From assembly GCF_001830325.1 (NCBI RefSeq), contig NZ_MHZG01000015.1, forward strand, positions 32,570-64,569: DNA of 32,000 bases. The letters are read 5' to 3'. The first letter of the stretch is position 1, and each line of letters begins with the position of its first letter. The notes under the pieces were generated by a model, which was not told the DNA's origin, ran no database searches, and worked only from the letters and a program-made list of their open reading frames with translations. Source of the stretch: Polynucleobacter sp. GWA2_45_21. Lineage in GTDB: Bacteria; Pseudomonadota; Gammaproteobacteria; Burkholderiales; Burkholderiaceae. Made by a program: the position numbers and the translations under genes. This document shows, one piece after another, positions 10,757 through 21,224 of this stretch.

Positions 10757-11830
10757 TTAGGCGCTTGCTAGAATTTCTTTCAGAGCTGCAATCAATTCAT
10801 TTGTTTGATCATCCGTGCCAATAGTAATGCGCAGAAATTCTTCAATACGCGGTGACTTGAAGTGACGCACAATAATTCCACGATCGCGTAAAGCTTGATA
10901 CAGCTTCACGCCGGCATGTTTTGGATGGCGCGTAAAAATAAAGTTGGCTGTCGACGGCAGGGTGTCAAAACCCAGCGAGGCCAGCTCATTCACTAAGCGC
11001 TCACGAGTGTGAATCACTTTTTTGCTTGTGGATTCCAAATGGGCTTGATCTTGGATTGCAGCAATTGCTCCTGCTTGAGCCAAACGACCAAGTGGATAGG
11101 AGTTAAAACTATTCTTTACCCGCTCCAGACCTTCAATGAGATCTGGATGCCCCACTGCAAATCCAACGCGCAATCCTGCTAGGGCGCGTGACTTAGAGAG
11201 GGTGTGGACGACTAGGAGGTTTTCTGGACACGAATTTCCGCGAAGCAGGGGAATGCAAGACTCGGTTCCGTAATCCACGTAGGCTTCATCAATCACCACT
11301 ACGGAATCGGTATTTCTGCTCAACAGGGATTCAATATCTGATCGCGGAATAGCGCGACCAGTTGGTGCATTGGGATTGGGGAAAATAATTCCACCATTGG
11401 GGGTTTTGAAATCCCCTGTCTTAATCTCAAAATCAGGGCCTAGGGGGGCTGCTTGGTACTCAATCCCAAATAACTTGCAATAAACCGGGTAGAAGCTATA
11501 GGTGATATCTGGAAACTGAACGGGTTTGGTTTGTTTGAGCAGGCCTAAAAATACGTGTGCCAGGACTTCATCAGAGCCATTGCCTAAAAACACCTGTTTT
11601 GGGTCCAAGCCGTGTAAATCGGCAATAGCCCTCTTAAGAGCCGCACCTTCAGGGTCTGGGTAGAGCCTTAAATCATCCGTGTTTTGTTGATTTATAGCGG
11701 CTAGGGCCTTGGGCGATGGGCCATAAGGACTTTCATTGGTGTTGAGCTTTACCAGTCGCTGCATTTGCGGCTGCTCCCCGGGAACATAGGGGGTGAGGGT
11801 CTGAACAACGGGGCTCCAAAAGCGGCTCAT
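10757..11830 (-). CDS. hisC: histidinol-phosphate aminotransferase (class II aminotransferase)
   Basis: 357 aa with HisC-like motifs ([42 protein letters not shown] with the PLP lysine). On the strand opposite to the rest of the his genes. Confidence 0.85.
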   Translation of the reverse strand: MSRFWSPVVQTLTPYVPGEQPQMQRLVKLNTNESPYGPSPKALAAINQQNTDDLRLYPDPEGAALKRAIADLHGLDPKQVFLGNGSDEVLAHVFLGLLKQTKPVQFPDITYSFYPVYCKLFGIEYQAAPLGPDFEIKTGDFKTPNGGIIFPNPNAPTGRAIPRSDIESLLSRNTDSVVVIDEAYVDYGTESCIPLLRGNSCPENLLVVHTLSKSRALAGLRVGFAVGHPDLIEGLERVKNSFNSYPLGRLAQAGAIAAIQDQAHLESTSKKVIHTRERLVNELASLGFDTLPSTANFIFTRHPKHAGVKLYQALRDRGIIVRHFKSPRIEEFLRITIGTDDQTNELIAALKEILASA

Positions 11831-11956
11831 GAGGGACTCTAGTCAAAAATCAGCAAAAATGAATAAACACCAGCAAATAAAATCAGCATTTATATCTGTA
11901 ATAGGAATGATATTATGAGGCTTCAATCAACACTTCGCCTCGCGGCGCACTGAAGC

Positions 11957-12544
11957 ATGCGGCAAGCCGACGTTACCCGAAACACTTCGGAAACCAAAAT
12001 TCAAATTGCTATCAATTTAGATGGCACAGGTAAAGCTGAGCTAGCCTCTGGCGTACCATTCCTAGACCATATGTTGGATCAAATTGCCCGTCACGGCATG
12101 ATCGACCTTAAAGTGGTTGCTAAGGGCGATACCCATATTGATGATCACCATACTGTTGAGGATGTGGGCATTACCTTGGGTCAGGCATTTGCTAAAGCGG
12201 TAGGCGATAAAGCGGGCATCACTCGTTACGGCCATTCTTATGTGCCTTTGGATGAAACCCTTTCTCGTGTTGTTATCGACTTTTCTGGTCGCCCAGGCTT
12301 AGAGTTCAACGTCCCATTTACCCGCGCACGTGTGGGTGACTTTGATGTTGATCTCAGTATTGAGTTCTTCCGTGGTTTTGTGAATCACGCTGGCGTAACT
12401 TTGCACATCGATAATTTACGCGGCATTAATGCTCACCACCAGATTGAAACCGTGTTCAAGGCTTTTGGACGTGCATTGCGCATGGCTCTGGAGCTTGATC
12501 CACGCGCTTCTGGTGTTGTTCCTTCTACTAAGGGCAGTCTCTAA
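11957..12544 (+). CDS. hisB: imidazoleglycerol-phosphate dehydratase
   Basis: 195 aa monofunctional IGPD ([27 protein letters not shown]). Confidence 0.95.
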   Translation: MRQADVTRNTSETKIQIAINLDGTGKAELASGVPFLDHMLDQIARHGMIDLKVVAKGDTHIDDHHTVEDVGITLGQAFAKAVGDKAGITRYGHSYVPLDETLSRVVIDFSGRPGLEFNVPFTRARVGDFDVDLSIEFFRGFVNHAGVTLHIDNLRGINAHHQIETVFKAFGRALRMALELDPRASGVVPSTKGSL

Positions 12545-12606
12545 TCTAGAAAATTTCTAGTGTTGAGTAGAAGACTGTCAACAAACTACAGAACATAGGC
12601 TAACAA

Positions 12607-13269
12607 TTGGCGCAAACCATTGCGATCGTTGATTACGGAATGGGTAACCTACGTTCCGTGTATCAAGCCTTTCATCATGTGGCTCCAGATGCGAATGTCC
12701 TGATTGCGCACACCCCTGAAGAAATTATCTCTGCAGAGCGGGTGGTGCTCCCAGGGCAGGGTGCTATGCCCGATTGCATGAAGCATCTCCAAGAGTCTGG
12801 TTTATTGGAGGCGCTATTAGATGCCGCTAAAAATAAACCCTTACTAGGCGTTTGTGTGGGTGAGCAAATGCTATTTGATCAAAGCGCTGAAGTGCGAGCC
12901 AACTCTAATGCCGCCTGGACACCTTGCTTGGGATTGATCCCGGGTGAGGTCAGACGTTTTGAATTAGCTGGCAAATTACAGCCAGACGGTTCTGCTTACA
13001 AAGTGCCCCATATGGGTTGGAACCAAGTGCGTCAGGATCGTCAGCACCCAATATGGGATGGCATACCTGACTTGACCAGCTTTTATTTTGTACATAGTTA
13101 CTATGTTGTGCCGCAACGCAAAGAAGATATTGCGGGCTCAACTGAATATGGCGATTGGTTTACTTCTGCCATTGCAAGGGATAATATTTTTGCAACACAA
13201 TTTCATCCGGAAAAGAGTGCAGAATACGGATTAAAGCTATACAAAAATTTTGTTTCTTGGCAACCTTAA
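12607..13269 (+). CDS. hisH: imidazole glycerol phosphate synthase, glutamine amidotransferase subunit
   Basis: 220 aa with a TTG start. [14 protein letters not shown], catalytic GVCVGEQ, C-terminal QFHPEKS. Confidence 0.9.
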   Translation: MAQTIAIVDYGMGNLRSVYQAFHHVAPDANVLIAHTPEEIISAERVVLPGQGAMPDCMKHLQESGLLEALLDAAKNKPLLGVCVGEQMLFDQSAEVRANSNAAWTPCLGLIPGEVRRFELAGKLQPDGSAYKVPHMGWNQVRQDRQHPIWDGIPDLTSFYFVHSYYVVPQRKEDIAGSTEYGDWFTSAIARDNIFATQFHPEKSAEYGLKLYKNFVSWQP

Positions 13270-13289
13270 TACTTCTCTAAGCTACCGCT

Positions 13290-14051
13290 ATGCTGCTGAT
13301 TCCCGCGATTGACCTAAAAGATGGCCACTGCGTTCGACTCGAACAAGGTGACATGGATAAAGCCACTGTGTTTTCTGAAGATCCAGGTGCGATGGCTGCG
13401 CATTGGATTAGTAAGGGCGCACGTCGTTTACATCTCGTCGATTTGAATGGTGCATTTGCTGGCAAGTTGAAGAATGAGTCTGCGATTAAATCTATTCTCA
13501 AAGCGGTAGGCGATGAGATACCAGTTCAGCTGGGTGGTGGTATTCGTGATCTCGAAACGATTGAACGATTATTAGATGACGGTATTAGTACAGTCATTAT
13601 TGGTACTGCAGCAGTAAAGAGTCCTGGCTTTGTGCAAGATGCCTGCACTGCCTTTCCTGGCCACATCATGGTGGGTCTGGATGCCCGTGATGGCAAAGTC
13701 GCAACAGATGGTTGGAGCAAGATCACCGGCCATGAAGTAATTGATCTCGCAAAAAAGTTTGAAGATTACGGTGTTGAAGCAATCATCTATACCGACATCG
13801 GCCGGGATGGCATGATGAAGGGCATCAATATGGATGCCACGATTAAATTAGCCCAAGCTATTCGGATCCCGGTGATTGCCAGTGGCGGTCTATCCAATAA
13901 TCAAGATATTGAAGCCTTATGTGAAGCCGAAGCTGAAGGCGTCATGGGTGTTATTGCTGGACGCTCAATTTACGCTGGCGATTTAGATTTAACTGCAGCA
14001 CAAAAATATGCTGATGAGTTAACTCTGAAGTTTGCTAAGAAAATTATTTAG
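13290..14051 (+). CDS. hisA: ProFAR isomerase
   Basis: 253 aa, [17 protein letters not shown]..., TIM-barrel HisA motifs. Confidence 0.9.
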   Translation: MLLIPAIDLKDGHCVRLEQGDMDKATVFSEDPGAMAAHWISKGARRLHLVDLNGAFAGKLKNESAIKSILKAVGDEIPVQLGGGIRDLETIERLLDDGISTVIIGTAAVKSPGFVQDACTAFPGHIMVGLDARDGKVATDGWSKITGHEVIDLAKKFEDYGVEAIIYTDIGRDGMMKGINMDATIKLAQAIRIPVIASGGLSNNQDIEALCEAEAEGVMGVIAGRSIYAGDLDLTAAQKYADELTLKFAKKII

Positions 14052-14062
14052 ATTGTTTAATA

Positions 14063-14821
14063 GTGCTCACTAAACGAATTATTCCTTGCCTTGATGTCAC
14101 GGCAGGGCGCGTTGTGAAAGGCGTGAACTTTGTTGGGCTTCGTGATGCGGGCGATCCTGTCGAGATTGCCAAGCGCTATGACACACAGGGTGCTGACGAG
14201 TTAACCTTCTTAGATATCACGGCAACCTCAGACGGTCGAGATCTGATATTGCACATCATTGAAGATGTTGCATCTCAAGTATTTATTCCTCTGACTGTTG
14301 GTGGTGGTGTGCGCGCGGTAGCTGACGTGCGGCGCTTGCTGAACGCTGGCGCCGATAAGGTGAGCATGAATTCATCTGCGGTAGCGAATCCAGAATTGGT
14401 GTCGGATGCAGCTGCGTATTACGGTTCGCAGTGCATCGTGGTTGCCATTGATGCTAAAAAAACGGAAGCAGGCAATTGGGAGGTTTTTACCCATGGGGGT
14501 AGAACTGCTACTGGTATGGATGTTGTTGCATGGGCTTCTGAAGTGGCTAAGCGTGGTGCGGGGGAAATTCTTCTCACCAGCATGAATCGTGATGGTAGTA
14601 AAGATGGTTTTGATTTGGGCTTAACTGCCGCGGTGAGCGATGCAGTGAGCGTTCCAGTGATTGCCTCTGGCGGCGTAGGTAATTTGCAGCACTTGGTCGA
14701 TGGCATTACCAAAGGTCATGCCGATGCAGTTCTTGCAGCCAGTATTTTTCATTATGGTGAATACACTGTTGGTCAAGCAAAAGAATATATGGCGAGCCAG
14801 GGTATTCCTGTTCGCATTTAA
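14063..14821 (+). CDS. hisF: imidazole glycerol phosphate synthase, cyclase subunit
   Basis: 252 aa with a GTG start. [23 protein letters not shown] motifs. Confidence 0.95.
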   Translation: MLTKRIIPCLDVTAGRVVKGVNFVGLRDAGDPVEIAKRYDTQGADELTFLDITATSDGRDLILHIIEDVASQVFIPLTVGGGVRAVADVRRLLNAGADKVSMNSSAVANPELVSDAAAYYGSQCIVVAIDAKKTEAGNWEVFTHGGRTATGMDVVAWASEVAKRGAGEILLTSMNRDGSKDGFDLGLTAAVSDAVSVPVIASGGVGNLQHLVDGITKGHADAVLAASIFHYGEYTVGQAKEYMASQGIPVRI

Positions 14822-14855
14822 GTACAGATAGATGCACTAAGAAAATCATTCGAAG

Positions 14856-15260
14856 ATGAGTATGAAAAATTCCTTCACTCCAGTTGAATCCCTAGAGGCC
14901 GGCGCATGGCTTGAGGCCGTAACTTGGAATGAGCAGGGCTTAGTTCCGGTAATCGCTCAGGAAGTCGGCAGTAAAGACATTTTGATGATGGCTTGGATGA
15001 ATCGTGATGCTTTATTGGCTACCTTGCGCTTAGGCGAGGCGGTGTATTGGACGCGTTCAAGGCAAAAGTTGTGGCACAAGGGTGAAGAATCCGGTCACAC
15101 CCAAAAAGTAAAAGAAATTCGCCTTGATTGTGATGGTGACACTATTCTTTTAATGGTTGAGCAGAAGGACGGAATTGCTTGTCATACTGGGGAACATAGT
15201 TGTTTCTTTCAGGAGTGGGATCCAATCAGTTCAAATTGGCGAAAAATCAGCAAGATCTGA
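14856..15260 (+). CDS. hisI: phosphoribosyl-AMP cyclohydrolase
   Basis: 134 aa monofunctional HisI ([33 protein letters not shown]). Confidence 0.9.
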   Translation: MSMKNSFTPVESLEAGAWLEAVTWNEQGLVPVIAQEVGSKDILMMAWMNRDALLATLRLGEAVYWTRSRQKLWHKGEESGHTQKVKEIRLDCDGDTILLMVEQKDGIACHTGEHSCFFQEWDPISSNWRKISKI

Positions 15261-15291
15261 CATAAATCATTAGTTTTTAAGATTTTCTTTA

Positions 15292-15341
15292 AACCCCTTA
15301 TGATTTAAAATGATATATACTTTGATATATACCAAGGGGTT
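15292..15341 (+). promoter_or_regulatory. candidate vapBC promoter/operator: 8-bp inverted repeat enclosing a tandem 10-nt direct repeat
   Basis: aacccctt (15292-15299) pairs with aaggggtt (15334-15341). tgatatatac occurs twice (15311-15320 and 15323-15332), TATA-rich, just upstream of the vapB start. Confidence 0.4.
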
Positions 15342-15344
15342 CAA

Positions 15345-15608
15345 ATGATGAGTCAAACAGCAAAAGTCTTTATGAATGGGCGCAGTCAGGCTATTCGCTT
15401 ACCGGCCGCCTTTCGTTTTGAGGAAAAAGAGGTGTTTATTCGGCGTGACACCAAAACTGGCGATTTAATTTTGTCTAGAAAGCCGGAAAATTGGGATGAT
15501 TTTTTTCTAGCTTTGAAGGGCGGGGGTATTCCAGCAGACTTTTTGAGCCCCGAAGATCGAAATCAAGGCTCGCAAAATCGAGATCCTTTTGTAGGAATCG
15601 ATAAGTAA
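15345..15608 (+). CDS. vapB: type II antitoxin VapB (AbrB/SpoVT-like)
   Basis: 87 aa. AKVFMNGRSQAIRLPAAFRF is a typical VapB N-terminus. Its stop overlaps the vapC start (TAATG). Confidence 0.8.
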   Translation: MMSQTAKVFMNGRSQAIRLPAAFRFEEKEVFIRRDTKTGDLILSRKPENWDDFFLALKGGGIPADFLSPEDRNQGSQNRDPFVGIDK

Positions 15609-16003
15609 TGAAATACATGCTCGATACTAATACGGTAAGTAGTTTCATAAAAGAAAATCCAAAAGTAAGCAAAAGAATCTCAAGTCTGCCTATGGATAGA
15701 TTATGCTTATCTGTGATTTCTGAAGGTGAGCTTTTATACGGTTTGGCTAAAAAACCAAATGCCCTTAATCTTCACAGAGCGGTTCGAGAGTTTTTAAAGC
15801 GAGTTGACGTGTTGAGCTGGGATAGCGATGTAGCTGAGTGTTACGGCTCTTTAAGGTCACAATTAGAGGCCTCAGGAAATTTACTTGGTCCGCTTGATAT
15901 GCAAATTGCCGCACATGCCTCTCAGGTTGGCGCTGTTCTAGTGACAAATGACCAAGCATTTAAACGGGTTCATAAATTAAAGGTAGAGGACTGGACGCTA
16001 TAG
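15608..16003 (+). CDS. vapC: type II toxin VapC (PIN-domain ribonuclease)
   Basis: 131 aa. MLDTNT (Asp), SEGEL (Glu), LDMQIAAHA (Asp), VTND (Asp) make up the PIN acidic quartet. Confidence 0.85.
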   Translation: MKYMLDTNTVSSFIKENPKVSKRISSLPMDRLCLSVISEGELLYGLAKKPNALNLHRAVREFLKRVDVLSWDSDVAECYGSLRSQLEASGNLLGPLDMQIAAHASQVGAVLVTNDQAFKRVHKLKVEDWTL

Positions 16004-16021
16004 TCTTACTAGAACGCTTCA

Positions 16022-16411
16022 ATGAACAACATTAAAAATTTAGATTCCGCTTTGTCTCATCTGGCTGATGTAGTAGACCAGCGACGTGATGCATTTAAGG
16101 CCGGCCAAGCTGATCCCAAGACCTCTTATACAGCCCTACTCTTTTCCAAGGGAGATGACGGTATTTTGAAAAAAATTGGTGAAGAGGCTACCGAAGCAGT
16201 CATGGCTGCCAAGGATGCTCGAAATGCCAATTTAGCCCCTGAACAACAAAAACTCTTGATAGGCGAGATGGCGGACCTCTGGTTTCATTGCCTAATTGCC
16301 CTTTCTCAGTTTGGTTTGAGGCCAGAAGACGTGATTACTGAGTTAGAGCGCCGTCTCGGCACCTCAGGCATCGAAGAAAAAGCCGCCAGAAAAGCTGCAA
16401 GCAAGGAGTAA
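16022..16411 (+). CDS. hisE: phosphoribosyl-ATP pyrophosphatase
   Basis: 129 aa MazG-like HisE ([17 protein letters not shown]). Confidence 0.9.
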   Translation: MNNIKNLDSALSHLADVVDQRRDAFKAGQADPKTSYTALLFSKGDDGILKKIGEEATEAVMAAKDARNANLAPEQQKLLIGEMADLWFHCLIALSQFGLRPEDVITELERRLGTSGIEEKAARKAASKE

Positions 16412-16414
16412 TTG

Positions 16415-16771
16415 ATGTCCCACGACCCAAATTGCCTATTTTGTAAGATTTCCAAGGGTGAAATCCCATCCCAAAAAGTGTACGAGGATGAGGAGATTTA
16501 TGCCTTTAAAGATATTAATCCTGCCGCCCCTGTCCATTTTTTGATGATTCCTAAAAAACATATCCCTATGCTGGAATCTGCAGAAGTGGCTGATGCGCCA
16601 TTGCTAGGTAGAATGATGGAGTTAGCACCGCGTCTCGCCAAGGAGCAGGGTTGCCGTCCTGGAAAAGATGGCGGCTTTAGATTGGTAGTGAATAATGGTG
16701 CAGATGGTGGGCAAGAGGTTTATCACTTGCATTTGCATGTGATGGGCGGTCCGCGCCCCTGGAAAAAATAG
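16415..16771 (+). CDS. HIT-family (HinT-like) nucleotide hydrolase
   Basis: About 118 aa. CLFCKI..., histidine triad [12 protein letters not shown] 16415 is preferred over TTG 16412. Confidence 0.85.
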   Translation: MSHDPNCLFCKISKGEIPSQKVYEDEEIYAFKDINPAAPVHFLMIPKKHIPMLESAEVADAPLLGRMMELAPRLAKEQGCRPGKDGGFRLVVNNGADGGQEVYHLHLHVMGGPRPWKK

Positions 16772-16787
16772 TCCGAGGAGATTAAAA

Positions 16788-17018
16788 ATGGGTTCATTTA
16801 GCATTTGGCATTGGTTAATTGTTTTAGTAATTGTGATGTTGGTATTCGGTACCAAAAAATTGCGCAATATCGGCACAGATTTAGGTGGTGCTGTTAAGGG
16901 TTTCAAAGATGGCATGAAAACGCCTGAGGGAACTGAAGAGCCAAAAGAGCAAATTCAGAGTGCTGCTACATCACCAGAGAAAACTGTGGATGTTCAGGCA
17001 AAAGACATCAATAAATAA
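16788..17018 (+). CDS. tatA: twin-arginine translocase subunit TatA
   Basis: 76 aa. [25 protein letters not shown] is a classic TatA/E N-terminus. Confidence 0.9.
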   Translation: MGSFSIWHWLIVLVIVMLVFGTKKLRNIGTDLGGAVKGFKDGMKTPEGTEEPKEQIQSAATSPEKTVDVQAKDINK

Positions 17019-17046
17019 TTGTTGATAGAAATAATGCGTAGCTGCA

Positions 17047-17523
17047 ATGATTGATCTCGGAGTTTCAAAGCTTGCACTCATTGCAGTAGTTGCATTGGTA
17101 GTGGTCGGCCCGGAGCGACTTCCAAAAATTGCCCGTATGGCGGGTAACTTATTTGGAAGAGCGCAGCGCTATATGGCTGATGTCAAATCTGAAGTCAGTC
17201 GACAGATGGATGTAGAGGAGTTTAAGAAACTCCGCGAAGAAAGTGTCTCTGCCTTTAAAGATGTTGAGAACTCTATTCAATCTGCTACTCAAGAAGCTGG
17301 CGCTAATCTTAGCGATCAAGCAGACATCTTTGAAAATCATTTTACGAGAGCTCCTCTTGATGAAAAAGAAGTACTGCAAAAATCGATACGCCAAGGTCGA
17401 AAGAGTTGGGGTGTGAAGCGCGCTGCTAGACCTGTTTGGTTCAAGCATTCGACTGGTATGCGCACAAGAGTTCAGTCTGGGGCTGCACGGATGAAGCGCT
17501 TTCACCACAGCGCGGGCAAATAA
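17047..17523 (+). CDS. tatB: twin-arginine translocase subunit TatB
   Basis: 158 aa. MIDLGVSKLALIAVVALVVVGPERLP is a typical TatB N-terminus. Confidence 0.85.
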   Translation: MIDLGVSKLALIAVVALVVVGPERLPKIARMAGNLFGRAQRYMADVKSEVSRQMDVEEFKKLREESVSAFKDVENSIQSATQEAGANLSDQADIFENHFTRAPLDEKEVLQKSIRQGRKSWGVKRAARPVWFKHSTGMRTRVQSGAARMKRFHHSAGK

Positions 17524-17555
17524 ATTAGCCCAAAGAAAAGTAAATACGAATATCA

Positions 17556-18353
17556 ATGACGCAAAATAATTCAACAGAAGATTCCGGACTACAAGAATCC
17601 TTCTTGTCACATTTATTTGAGCTGCGTGATCGCATCATCAAGTCAGCGATTGCAATTATTGTAGTTTTCGTTTCCTTAGTTTATTGGGCGCCAGATATTT
17701 TTCATTTGTTTGCCCAGCCACTGCTTCAAGCATTGCCCGCAGGCGGCAAGATGATTGTGACTGATGTGACTGGTTCATTCTTTGTGCCGATGAAGGTCAC
17801 GATGTTGGTTGCTTTCTTGATTGCTCTGCCAGTAGTGATGTATCAGTTATGGGCGTTTATTGCCCCCGGCCTTTATCAGCATGAGCGTAAGTTGATAGTG
17901 CCTTTGGTTATCAGTAGCTATAGCCTCTTTATTTTCGGGATGGCTTTTGCTTACTTCTTAGTTTTCCCAACGGTATTTCAATTCATGGCTAGCTATAACG
18001 CCCCCTTAGGCGCTGAAATGTCGACTGATATTGATAAATATCTTGGCTTTGCAATGACAACCTTTTTGGCCTTTGGCATTACCTTTGAGGTTCCGGTTGT
18101 TGTGGTGGTGCTGGTTCGCATGGGCATGGTCCAACTAGCCAAACTTAAGGAGATTCGTCCTTATGTGATTGTTGGCGCTTTTGTGATTGCAGCAATTGTG
18201 ACGCCACCAGATGTGTTGTCTCAATTACTGCTAGCTGTACCTATGTGCTTGCTTTACGAACTCGGGCTTCTGATCGCTCGTTTCTATATCCCTAAGTCGA
18301 CAGACGACGAGGCTGGCACAACAACAAACCCAGATACTCAAGCAACCGTTTGA
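17556..18353 (+). CDS. tatC: twin-arginine translocase subunit TatC
   Basis: 265 aa polytopic protein. SHLFELRDR... TatC signature, follows tatAB. Confidence 0.95.
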   Translation: MTQNNSTEDSGLQESFLSHLFELRDRIIKSAIAIIVVFVSLVYWAPDIFHLFAQPLLQALPAGGKMIVTDVTGSFFVPMKVTMLVAFLIALPVVMYQLWAFIAPGLYQHERKLIVPLVISSYSLFIFGMAFAYFLVFPTVFQFMASYNAPLGAEMSTDIDKYLGFAMTTFLAFGITFEVPVVVVVLVRMGMVQLAKLKEIRPYVIVGAFVIAAIVTPPDVLSQLLLAVPMCLLYELGLLIARFYIPKSTDDEAGTTTNPDTQATV

Positions 18354-19816
18354 TCTTGTGAGAAGGTAGTAGTCAGCCACTCAGTTACTCGATCAAATCG
18401 ATAGCGTCTTTGTCTTAAATTACCTTCTAAGTCTGATTCGCTTCCAGCAAATACTTTTCCCGCTGCAAGCAAAGAGCGACGCTGCTGTGTGGTATCAATC
18501 TGAATTAATCTAGGCAGTATCTTTGGTAGCTCGTGGCGAATATCGACAACGACACAATGTTCGTGCTGTAACTGCCCAACCTCGCACAGTAATAGCTCAG
18601 CCTTGCTCAAATTAAATTGATTGGCGATGATGAGTCGGTGACATAGCAAGATCCACTCTTCATCTAATTTGTGTTCGGCGTGATGGTTTAATGCCTTTTC
18701 AGCATAAGTAGCTAATTCAAACCAATCATTGTTCTTTGGGCTGGAGACATTCTCCAGAATTTTCCCAAGTAATTCTTTTGCTTCGGGAACGCCTTGTTGG
18801 TGTGCTTGCCAAATCCAATAAGAAGCTTGCAGGCCACGAACCTTCTCTTCAACTTTTTCGCGTTTGCGCCAGAGGTTGGCGCCTCTTTTGAATTGAGCCA
18901 CTGGATGACCTAAATCTGCCGCACGATCAAGACAGCGATCACTCTCAGCCGCGTTGTAACCAGAGAATTGCGGACGGCGGTAAATTTCACCTAAAGCAAA
19001 CCAAGCATCACGATCACCATCCTTTGCTGCAAGCTCTAACCAGTAGGCTGCTTTTTTGAGGGAGGCATTGGATTTGCTACCACTCACCCCAGTAGCATCT
19101 TTTGAAGCAGAATCAACTTCATTGAATTGCGCTAGGCGTAATCCCAGTGTCAGTTTGGCAATCGTTAGCCCAAGTTCTGCTGCTTGTATCAGTGCTGCCT
19201 CATTTTTATCAGAGAGCCAGGCATTCCAAAGTGAGGAGAGCGCTTCATCTTTTGGCTGTAGCTTAATGAGTAGTTCTTTTGCATTGTTAGTAAATGGTGT
19301 TTCAGAATCTGCCAGACCCAATAAAAACTCTTTTGCTTTCTTTTGCAGAGACAGAAAGTCATCACCACCTTTGCCTTGCTTCAAAAGCCAGTTAGAGAGC
19401 TCAGCCTGTAAGTCTTTTTTAGCGGGATTCAGTAAAAGTTCTGCAAGCTGCCATTGCGCTACGTAACTTGCATCAATATTGGCCTTAGCTAACTTCCAGA
19501 ATGATTCCCACCCAAAAGTAAATGCCGGTGAATTAAATGTTCCCTCCAGTGGAACGGTCGAGATTTGCTCCAGCATCTCCAAAATCTCTGGGGAAGAGCT
19601 ATCTAAGACAGCAATTTCAGCATCACTTGAGCTCAACTGGCTAACTAATTGATTTTGAATGGAAAAATAAGATTTTTCTAACCAAATCAGGGCATTAGCA
19701 GGCTGGATTGGGGTTTTAAAAGCACCCGTAAGATAAGCGGAGGCTAAATTTTGTTGCGCAGAAACGTCACCAATACGGGCTAATTGGAGGATTTTTAGGA
19801 ATTCACGGCTTGCCAT
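18338..19816 (-). CDS. Sel1/TPR-like repeat protein
   Basis: 492 aa. Sel1-like repeats, e.g. AAYWLELAAKDGDRDAWFALGEIY and LDRAADLGHPVAQFKRGANLW. Its 3' end overlaps the tatC 3' end by 16 nt. Confidence 0.6.
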   Translation of the reverse strand: MASREFLKILQLARIGDVSAQQNLASAYLTGAFKTPIQPANALIWLEKSYFSIQNQLVSQLSSSDAEIAVLDSSSPEILEMLEQISTVPLEGTFNSPAFTFGWESFWKLAKANIDASYVAQWQLAELLLNPAKKDLQAELSNWLLKQGKGGDDFLSLQKKAKEFLLGLADSETPFTNNAKELLIKLQPKDEALSSLWNAWLSDKNEAALIQAAELGLTIAKLTLGLRLAQFNEVDSASKDATGVSGSKSNASLKKAAYWLELAAKDGDRDAWFALGEIYRRPQFSGYNAAESDRCLDRAADLGHPVAQFKRGANLWRKREKVEEKVRGLQASYWIWQAHQQGVPEAKELLGKILENVSSPKNNDWFELATYAEKALNHHAEHKLDEEWILLCHRLIIANQFNLSKAELLLCEVGQLQHEHCVVVDIRHELPKILPRLIQIDTTQQRRSLLAAGKVFAGSESDLEGNLRQRRYRFDRVTEWLTTTFSQDQTVA

Positions 19817-20006
19817 ATGACAATTTTGGCATTCCAGGCCTTAAAAAGACAGAAATCAAAGCCCTTGTTGTCCTGATACAACGAAGAAAGCCAAAAAACT
19901 GCCTTTTGACAAGCAAAAAGAGCTCCTAAATACCCTGACCCTCAGTCTGGCAGGGCAAAACAAGCAAAATTCGTAGGTCCCAGTTTTATTTGGGCATTAC
20001 TTTCAA

Positions 20007-20110
20007 TTTATGGAGATTTAAAGAATGAAAAAATCGCTATTAGCAGTTGCAGCAATGACAGCATTTGCTGGCGCAGCTCAAGCTCAGTCATCAGTGACTG
20101 TTTACGGTAT
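20007..20110 (+). repeat. direct repeat copy 1 (porin RBS + first 86 nt of CDS), identical to 26864-26967
   Basis: Manual alignment at offset 6857 gives no mismatch over 104 nt. The first difference is at 20111 (t) versus 26968 (c). Weaker similarity extends about 10 nt further upstream with a 2-nt indel. Confidence 0.9.
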
Positions 20111-21224
20111 TTTGGATGTTGGTTATGTTGGCGGTAACGCTAAGTCAACCGCAGCTGGAAAAAACTCCGCTGAAACTGTCAGCCTCGTTGGACAGTCAGC
20201 TGAAACAAGTTCCCGTTTAGGATTTAAGGGCACTGAAGATTTGGGCGGCGGCACTTCTGCTTTCTTTACATTTGAAACAGGTTTGAGCCCTAACTCAAGC
20301 ACAGTTTCTACTTGGAATAACCGTCAAGCATTTGTTGGCTTGAAGAAGAATGGCCTTGGCGCTGCAATGATTGGTACACAGTACACCCCAATCCACACAG
20401 CAATTGGTAAAACATCTGCCGGTCAGTACAACAACATCGTTGGCGATGTAATTTACCCACAGTCTTCTGGTTTGAATGCTGCAAACGCATCCAATGCAAA
20501 CCAAAACAACATTGGTTACACCATTCGCTCTAACAACATGTTAAAGCTCGAGTCAGACACATTTGCTGGCTTTAAAGGCACAGCATTTTATGCAGCAAAC
20601 AATAAAAATGAAAACCAAGGCGCTAACACAACTACTTACGCCCTTGATCCAGCATCGTCTACACCGGCTGTTAAAGCTACAAATGTAGGCGTTGGTGGTA
20701 CAACCAACGTTACAGGTTATGGATTGGGCGTTGATTACACTTGGAAGAAATTATTGGTATCGGCTAATTACCAATCCTTCAAAAACGAAACTGACTCCAG
20801 CCTAACAGCAACTGTTGCTGGCGTGAACTCAACTGATAACCAAATGTACGCTGCTGCTGCATATGATTTCGGCATCTTGAAGGCTTTTGCACAGTACAGT
20901 AACCGTAAGATTACTTCCAACCTGAACAGCAACCAGTATTTCAAGCGCTCTGCACAGCAGATCGGTGTTCGTAGCTTCATTACACCAAAAATTGAAGGTT
21001 GGGCTTCTGTAGGTAACGGCCGCAATCAAGCGTTTGGTCTTGGCGAGCCAACAGCAAACTTTACTGGTTACCAGTTAGGTTCGAACTACTGGCTCAGCAA
21101 GCGTACAAACTTGTATGCGATTTTTGGTGCAAGCCAAACTTCAAACGTTAGCTCGATCGCAAGCTCTGCTAACAATAGCTACAATGCAAACAACTATGCT
21201 CTTGGCGTACGTCACACTTTCTAA
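20025..21224 (+). CDS. general porin, Gram-negative OmpC/Omp32-type (allele 1)
   Basis: 399 aa. Signal peptide MKKSLLAVAAMTAFAGAAQA, mature N-terminus QSSVTVYGILDVGY, alternating beta-strand pattern, C-terminal YALGVRHTF. ggag RBS. Confidence 0.9.
   Translation: MKKSLLAVAAMTAFAGAAQAQSSVTVYGILDVGYVGGNAKSTAAGKNSAETVSLVGQSAETSSRLGFKGTEDLGGGTSAFFTFETGLSPNSSTVSTWNNRQAFVGLKKNGLGAAMIGTQYTPIHTAIGKTSAGQYNNIVGDVIYPQSSGLNAANASNANQNNIGYTIRSNNMLKLESDTFAGFKGTAFYAANNKNENQGANTTTYALDPASSTPAVKATNVGVGGTTNVTGYGLGVDYTWKKLLVSANYQSFKNETDSSLTATVAGVNSTDNQMYAAAAYDFGILKAFAQYSNRKITSNLNSNQYFKRSAQQIGVRSFITPKIEGWASVGNGRNQAFGLGEPTANFTGYQLGSNYWLSKRTNLYAIFGASQTSNVSSIASSANNSYNANNYALGVRHTF

Noticed and set aside
11915-11953. 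12-codon mini-ORF (MRLQSTLRLAAH) ending 3 nt before hisB, considered as a histidine attenuator leader.
   Set aside because: It has only one His codon and no convincing alternative terminator/antiterminator hairpins, so it is not a his-leader type attenuator.
17149-17610. 153-aa minus-strand ORF over tatB and the tatC start.
   Set aside because: Antisense to tatB with no independent support.
19056-19466. 136-aa plus-strand ORF inside the Sel1-repeat gene.
   Set aside because: Antisense shadow ORF with a Ser-rich, low-complexity translation.
19906-19932. Possible sigma70 promoter for porin 1 (TTGACA 19906-19911 with TAAATA 19927-19932).
   Set aside because: The spacer is only 15 nt by my count, so I am not confident enough to list it as a feature.
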